From: an uncultured Desulfarculus sp.
Lineage (GTDB): Bacteria; Desulfobacterota; Desulfarculia; Desulfarculales; Desulfarculaceae
DNA length: 64,000 nt
Assembly: GCA_963665125.2 (NCBI GenBank)
Contig: CAXXUK010000001.1
Coordinates: 640,001 to 704,000, forward strand
Direction: 5' to 3'
In this document: in pieces, positions 60,312 to 64,000 of the stretch
How the letters are laid out: each line of letters opens with the position of its first letter
Position numbering within the stretch: the stretch's first letter is position 1
Position numbers and translations under genes: made by a program
The notes under the pieces: generated by a model
The model's database searches: none
What the model was told of the DNA's origin: nothing
The model's input: the letters and a program-made list of their open reading frames with translations, nothing else

Positions 60312-61055
60312 ATGAACGAATCCAACGGAGTAATCAACGACGTTAGAGAGGCCCAATTGAGGGAAGATCCGCGATATGAATTCAGCAGGGCAATCGGGCA
60401 AAAAGACCTGGCGGCGTGCCTGCTGAAGACTGCGGAGATTCACGGGCATTTTTGCCCCGGCAGCGCCTTGGGCGTCATGGCTTCGGTTTGGGGCCTGTCC
60501 CAACTAGGCTTGGATTCGTCCCTTTCCGACGGCCTGGAAGAACTCATGGCCATTGTGGAAATAAACGCCTGTTTCACGGATGGCGTCCAGGCGGTGTCGG
60601 GGTGCACCTTGGGCAACAACGCGTTGGTTCTTCGCGACCTTGGCAAACACGCCGTCACCTTCACGTTGCGCGGCAGCGGCTCCGGGGTTCGCGTGCGGGT
60701 AAGGCCGGACTTCCAGAGCCAGATCAGCCGGGCAGTGCCCGAGTTTTATCCCCTGTTGGAAAGAGTCATCATCAAGCGCGAGGGGGGGCGGAAGATAGCC
60801 GAGACCTTCAAGACAACCGCGAGCAAGGCTGCATTCGCTCTGCTGGAGATGCCTTTTGAACAACTGCTGATATCCCAGCCCTTCACTCCGGAGCTTCCGG
60901 ATTATGCCCCCATAGCCGAGAGCCTGATTTGCCCGGTTTGCGGCGAACAGGTCATGGCCAGCAAGGTAGTAACCGAGGGTGACGGCAAGGGGCTCTGTCT
61001 GACCTGCGCCGAGCACAGGGCCGCCCAGGTTGACGGGCGGGGAATTGTTTTCTGA
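60312..61055 (+). CDS. FmdE-family protein
   Basis: HGHFCPG, ACFTDGVQ...GCTLGN, CPVCGE...CLTC. Confidence 0.85.
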   Translation: MNESNGVINDVREAQLREDPRYEFSRAIGQKDLAACLLKTAEIHGHFCPGSALGVMASVWGLSQLGLDSSLSDGLEELMAIVEINACFTDGVQAVSGCTLGNNALVLRDLGKHAVTFTLRGSGSGVRVRVRPDFQSQISRAVPEFYPLLERVIIKREGGRKIAETFKTTASKAAFALLEMPFEQLLISQPFTPELPDYAPIAESLICPVCGEQVMASKVVTEGDGKGLCLTCAEHRAAQVDGRGIVF

Positions 61056-61141
61056 GGCGCCGCCGGACATGCGCCTAAATTACCCAGAGGTCGGTTTCAC
61101 AACATATAATGTTCTGACCATTGTCTCAGGGAGCGACAAAG

Positions 61142-61735
61142 ATGCCGAATACGGACGAACCGTGGCAGTGCAGCCATGTAAGACATGGACGCGGACCCAG
61201 CAGCTTTTGGATGCATGATCCAGAGCAGGTTTTCACGGAACTCAATCTACAACCAGGCGACTGTTTTCTAGATTTGGGGTGCGGACCCGGAGATTATTCC
61301 ATGCGCGCCTCCGAGCGGATAACCGATTCCGGTCTGGTGTATGCCCTGGATCGACAGCAGGAGGCCATGGCCAGGATCAAGGAGAAGATCATGGCTCAGG
61401 GGTGCTCAAATATCCTGGCGATGGAAGCCGATATTTTGCAGCCCTTGCCCATTGCCGACGGCTGTGTTGACGTTTGTCTGCTGGCCACCGTGTTGCACAT
61501 CGTACAAGTGCGAAACGCCGCGCCGACATTGTTTAAGGAAATTCACCGGGTGCTGAAGCCGGGAGGACGTTTGGCTGTTATCGAATGTAAAAAGGAGGAT
61601 CAGGATTTCGGTCCGCCGATCCATATCCGCCTGTCACCGCAGGAAATTGACGACGCCCTGGATGGGTGCGGGTTCGAAAGGGTCTCCCTCGCCGATATGG
61701 GATTCAATTATCTGGTGCAATACGCGGCCCAATAG
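61142..61735 (+). CDS. Class I SAM-dependent methyltransferase
   Basis: LDLGCGPG, RVLKPGG. Confidence 0.85.
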   Translation: MPNTDEPWQCSHVRHGRGPSSFWMHDPEQVFTELNLQPGDCFLDLGCGPGDYSMRASERITDSGLVYALDRQQEAMARIKEKIMAQGCSNILAMEADILQPLPIADGCVDVCLLATVLHIVQVRNAAPTLFKEIHRVLKPGGRLAVIECKKEDQDFGPPIHIRLSPQEIDDALDGCGFERVSLADMGFNYLVQYAAQ

Positions 61736-61782
61736 CGTCTCCAAAGGATGACGGTGCTGAGTTCCATGGATGGCCCGTGCTT

Positions 61783-62367
61783 ATGATGGAGAGGAAATTG
61801 TCTGCATATTCGAGCAATTCTCATGCTGAACAACAAGTACCCGACATGGTTCTGCATCCCGTGGGAACTATAAAAAACACGATAAAGAATCCATTCTTAA
61901 AAGCCGGAGAGGGCGGCCTCAAGATGGAGGGTGGTCTGGAAAAGGTCGCCAAGGTGGTGCATGAGGCAAAACACGGATTGTCGGAGATAACCATAAATGG
62001 CGAGTTCGACGGCATCTTGGACGGTATTGACGAATATTCTCATGTTATGGTGCTGTATTGGGCCCATAAGGTCCCCGAGCAGGGCCGTTCCCTGGCCAAA
62101 ATTCATCCAATGGGCAGAGAGGAGATTCCCTTGACGGGTGTCTTCTCCACCTGCAGTCCGGCCCGGCCCAATCCAATACTCACGACCGTGGTCAAGTTGC
62201 GCGAGCGAAAAGGCAACACCCTGACCGTATCCGGCCTGGACGCCATAGACGGTTCGCCCGTGCTGGACATCAAACCATATGTCAGCGGTTTTTATCCCAG
62301 GGATGAGGTGGTCATCGCCGGTTGGATGCGGCGGCTACTTGAGGAAATGTCCGGAACTGATTCTTGA
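61783..62367 (+). CDS. TsaA/TrmO-family SAM-binding protein
   Basis: GVFSTCSPARPNPI, LDAIDGSPVLDIKPY. Confidence 0.85.
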   Translation: MMERKLSAYSSNSHAEQQVPDMVLHPVGTIKNTIKNPFLKAGEGGLKMEGGLEKVAKVVHEAKHGLSEITINGEFDGILDGIDEYSHVMVLYWAHKVPEQGRSLAKIHPMGREEIPLTGVFSTCSPARPNPILTTVVKLRERKGNTLTVSGLDAIDGSPVLDIKPYVSGFYPRDEVVIAGWMRRLLEEMSGTDS

Positions 62368-62798
62368 CCCCACGTAATATGACTTGGGCGGCGGTGGCTT
62401 CCAAACTGACTAATGCTGCGTGCCACCGCTACCCGCAAAAAAACCAAAGCCGGTTTAACACAACAGGTTGCCGGAGTGGCAACCATTTGGCATCATGGGA
62501 CAAACCTTAAACTGTCTGCCCCCGCGTCTATGGCCATCTCATCATGACAATGCCTTTCATTTTCTGGTTGTTTGTAGATTAACCAGGCGTCAGTTTGTCA
62601 TAATTAACGAGCTTGGCGCCCAGCCTGTCCTAAAACGTGATATGTAAGTTTACGAAGAATCGTAATATGGGCCTAAACGATGAATGAAGATCAGCATTAA
62701 TCTCATTTGTCATGGTTTTATCTTTATATCGTGTGTGATTTGTTTTGAGCGCAAACTGGGTTGCCACGACGGGTTGCGCGACCCCACCTAAAGCGGAG

Positions 62799-64000
62799 AT
62801 GATGAAGAAGCTAGCTTCCTGTGTACTGATTGCGTGCGTGATAATCCTACTGGCAGGCCCCAGCCTGTCCACGGCGGCCCAGGCGGGTTACTGGAAACTC
62901 TCGGGAGTAAAAAGCGACGCGCCTTCTTTTGAAAAATGGAACTGAGGCGACGAAAAAGTCGACATCGGCCAGGGTTCTTTTTCCATACTCAAACGCTGGC
63001 ATAAAGGCAGATGCAATCAGACTAAAGACGAAATCTTTTCAGTAACGGCCAGCTATGCAACGCCCCCCCAGGTATTGACTCCCGGTAAAACCATAATTCT
63101 AGACGCACGGGCAAACCGCACCCAGAATGTGGGGCTGTCTGAACAGTTCGGGGTGTATATTTCCATTGATGATATCGGCGCCGGCTGCGGAGGTGCTATT
63201 CGGGATATCCAACTGGGTAGCGCCGTGGTCTATTCCAGGGTAGGCGGACCAACGGCCCAGTGCAAAGCCGAGTACAAAGTGCCGTCCGGGTCAAAGGGCG
63301 AATCATTTGCCCTGCGCTATTGCGCGGCGGGGCGGCAGAAAGGCGTCTACTATGCATATGAGTGGGTGGAGGGAAGCCCGCCCGCTGACGCCAGCACCGA
63401 ACCGGAATTGATTCGAAAGCCGGAAATAAAGGTTTCAAAAACAAAGAGAATTTTGGCGACAGCCACCCGCGAACCCTTGGAAATATCATCCAACTTAGGG
63501 ACGACTTGGACAACTATCCCGGTGGGGCAACCCATTGAAATTTCTGTCCAAGATATGATCCGCACCGGCAAACAATCCAGGGCTGAAATAGTCTTTCCTG
63601 ATGGAACGGTTTTCCGCCTGAAATCCAACACCATCATGACCCTGGTTGCTGGCGGCGTGAAGGTGCAAGTGGGAGAAGCATGGTTCAACCTGCGCAAGCA
63701 GGGGAAACGTTTCCGTGTTGTCACACCAACCACGGCTTGCGGCCCCTTAGGCACGTCTGGAATCGTTACGTATACCCAGGACGGCTAAGCATAATAAAGC
63801 TGGTGGAAGGCGAAATGGAGGTCAGCAATCAAGCAGGTGAGGGCAAGATTATCCTAAAGGCCGGACAACTTACGGTGGTGCCCCCTTCCGGCGTGCCCAC
63901 CCAACCCTGTAGCTTCGACGTCAGCAAACTTGCGGAGCCCATGCCCGAACTTAGGCCTGACACGCGCGTCAACGGCGGGTCTTCAGGGGGGATGGGAGGC
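62799..64000 (+). pseudogene. Disrupted secreted FecR-domain protein (runs off the right window edge)
   Basis: Signal peptide; in-frame TGA at 62943-62945; FecR motifs DMIRTG...FPDGT...VVTPT; frameshift near 63785, after which IKLVEGEMEV...ILKAGQ continues in another frame. Confidence 0.75.

Noticed and set aside
62943..62990. In-frame TGA as selenocysteine
   Set aside because: No redox-motif context, no convincing SECIS hairpin, and a second lesion downstream points to pseudogenisation
1..64000. CRISPR array, rRNA, prophage, intact transposase/integrase
   Set aside because: No regularly spaced repeats or such genes seen by eye

Overview
High-GC chromosomal window from an anaerobic deltaproteobacterium. 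Gene content suggests a Desulfarculaceae/Desulfobacterota sulfate reducer (inference). Left part: futalosine-pathway mqnE-mqnC, GT2-TPR glycosyltransferase, pldA, aconitase, two divergent sigma54 promoters, LonC protease, a sigma54 response regulator, a PEP-CTERM protein, an EndoQ(PHP)-UvrD fusion, ftsH and a TetR-controlled RND pump. Middle: a sigma54-driven orange-protein (ORP)/Mrp/IscU operon and a metF2-hdrA-mvhD-metV-metF operon that runs on into a receiver, two ACT-like proteins and two kinases; then tRNA-His, an AccA-AccD fusion and tRNA-Arg(CCT). After the tRNA-Arg is a probable genomic island. It holds an IS3 remnant, a 4-hydroxybutyryl-CoA dehydratase-like gene with a TetR-SDR fusion, a stand-alone carboxyltransferase, an Fe-S protein, an AraC/MFS/TonB-receptor/FmdE/methyltransferase/TsaA uptake cassette and a FecR pseudogene. 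Best leads: (1) an unrecognised, pseudoknot-capable, terminator-containing leader RNA behind a near-consensus sigma70 promoter upstream of the uptake cassette; (2) the MetVF-HdrA-MvhD locus with a degenerate MetF paralog, a Cys-depleted HdrA and its own signalling module; (3) the TetR fused to a catalytically degenerate SDR. All calls were made by eye; no searches or folding programs were run.
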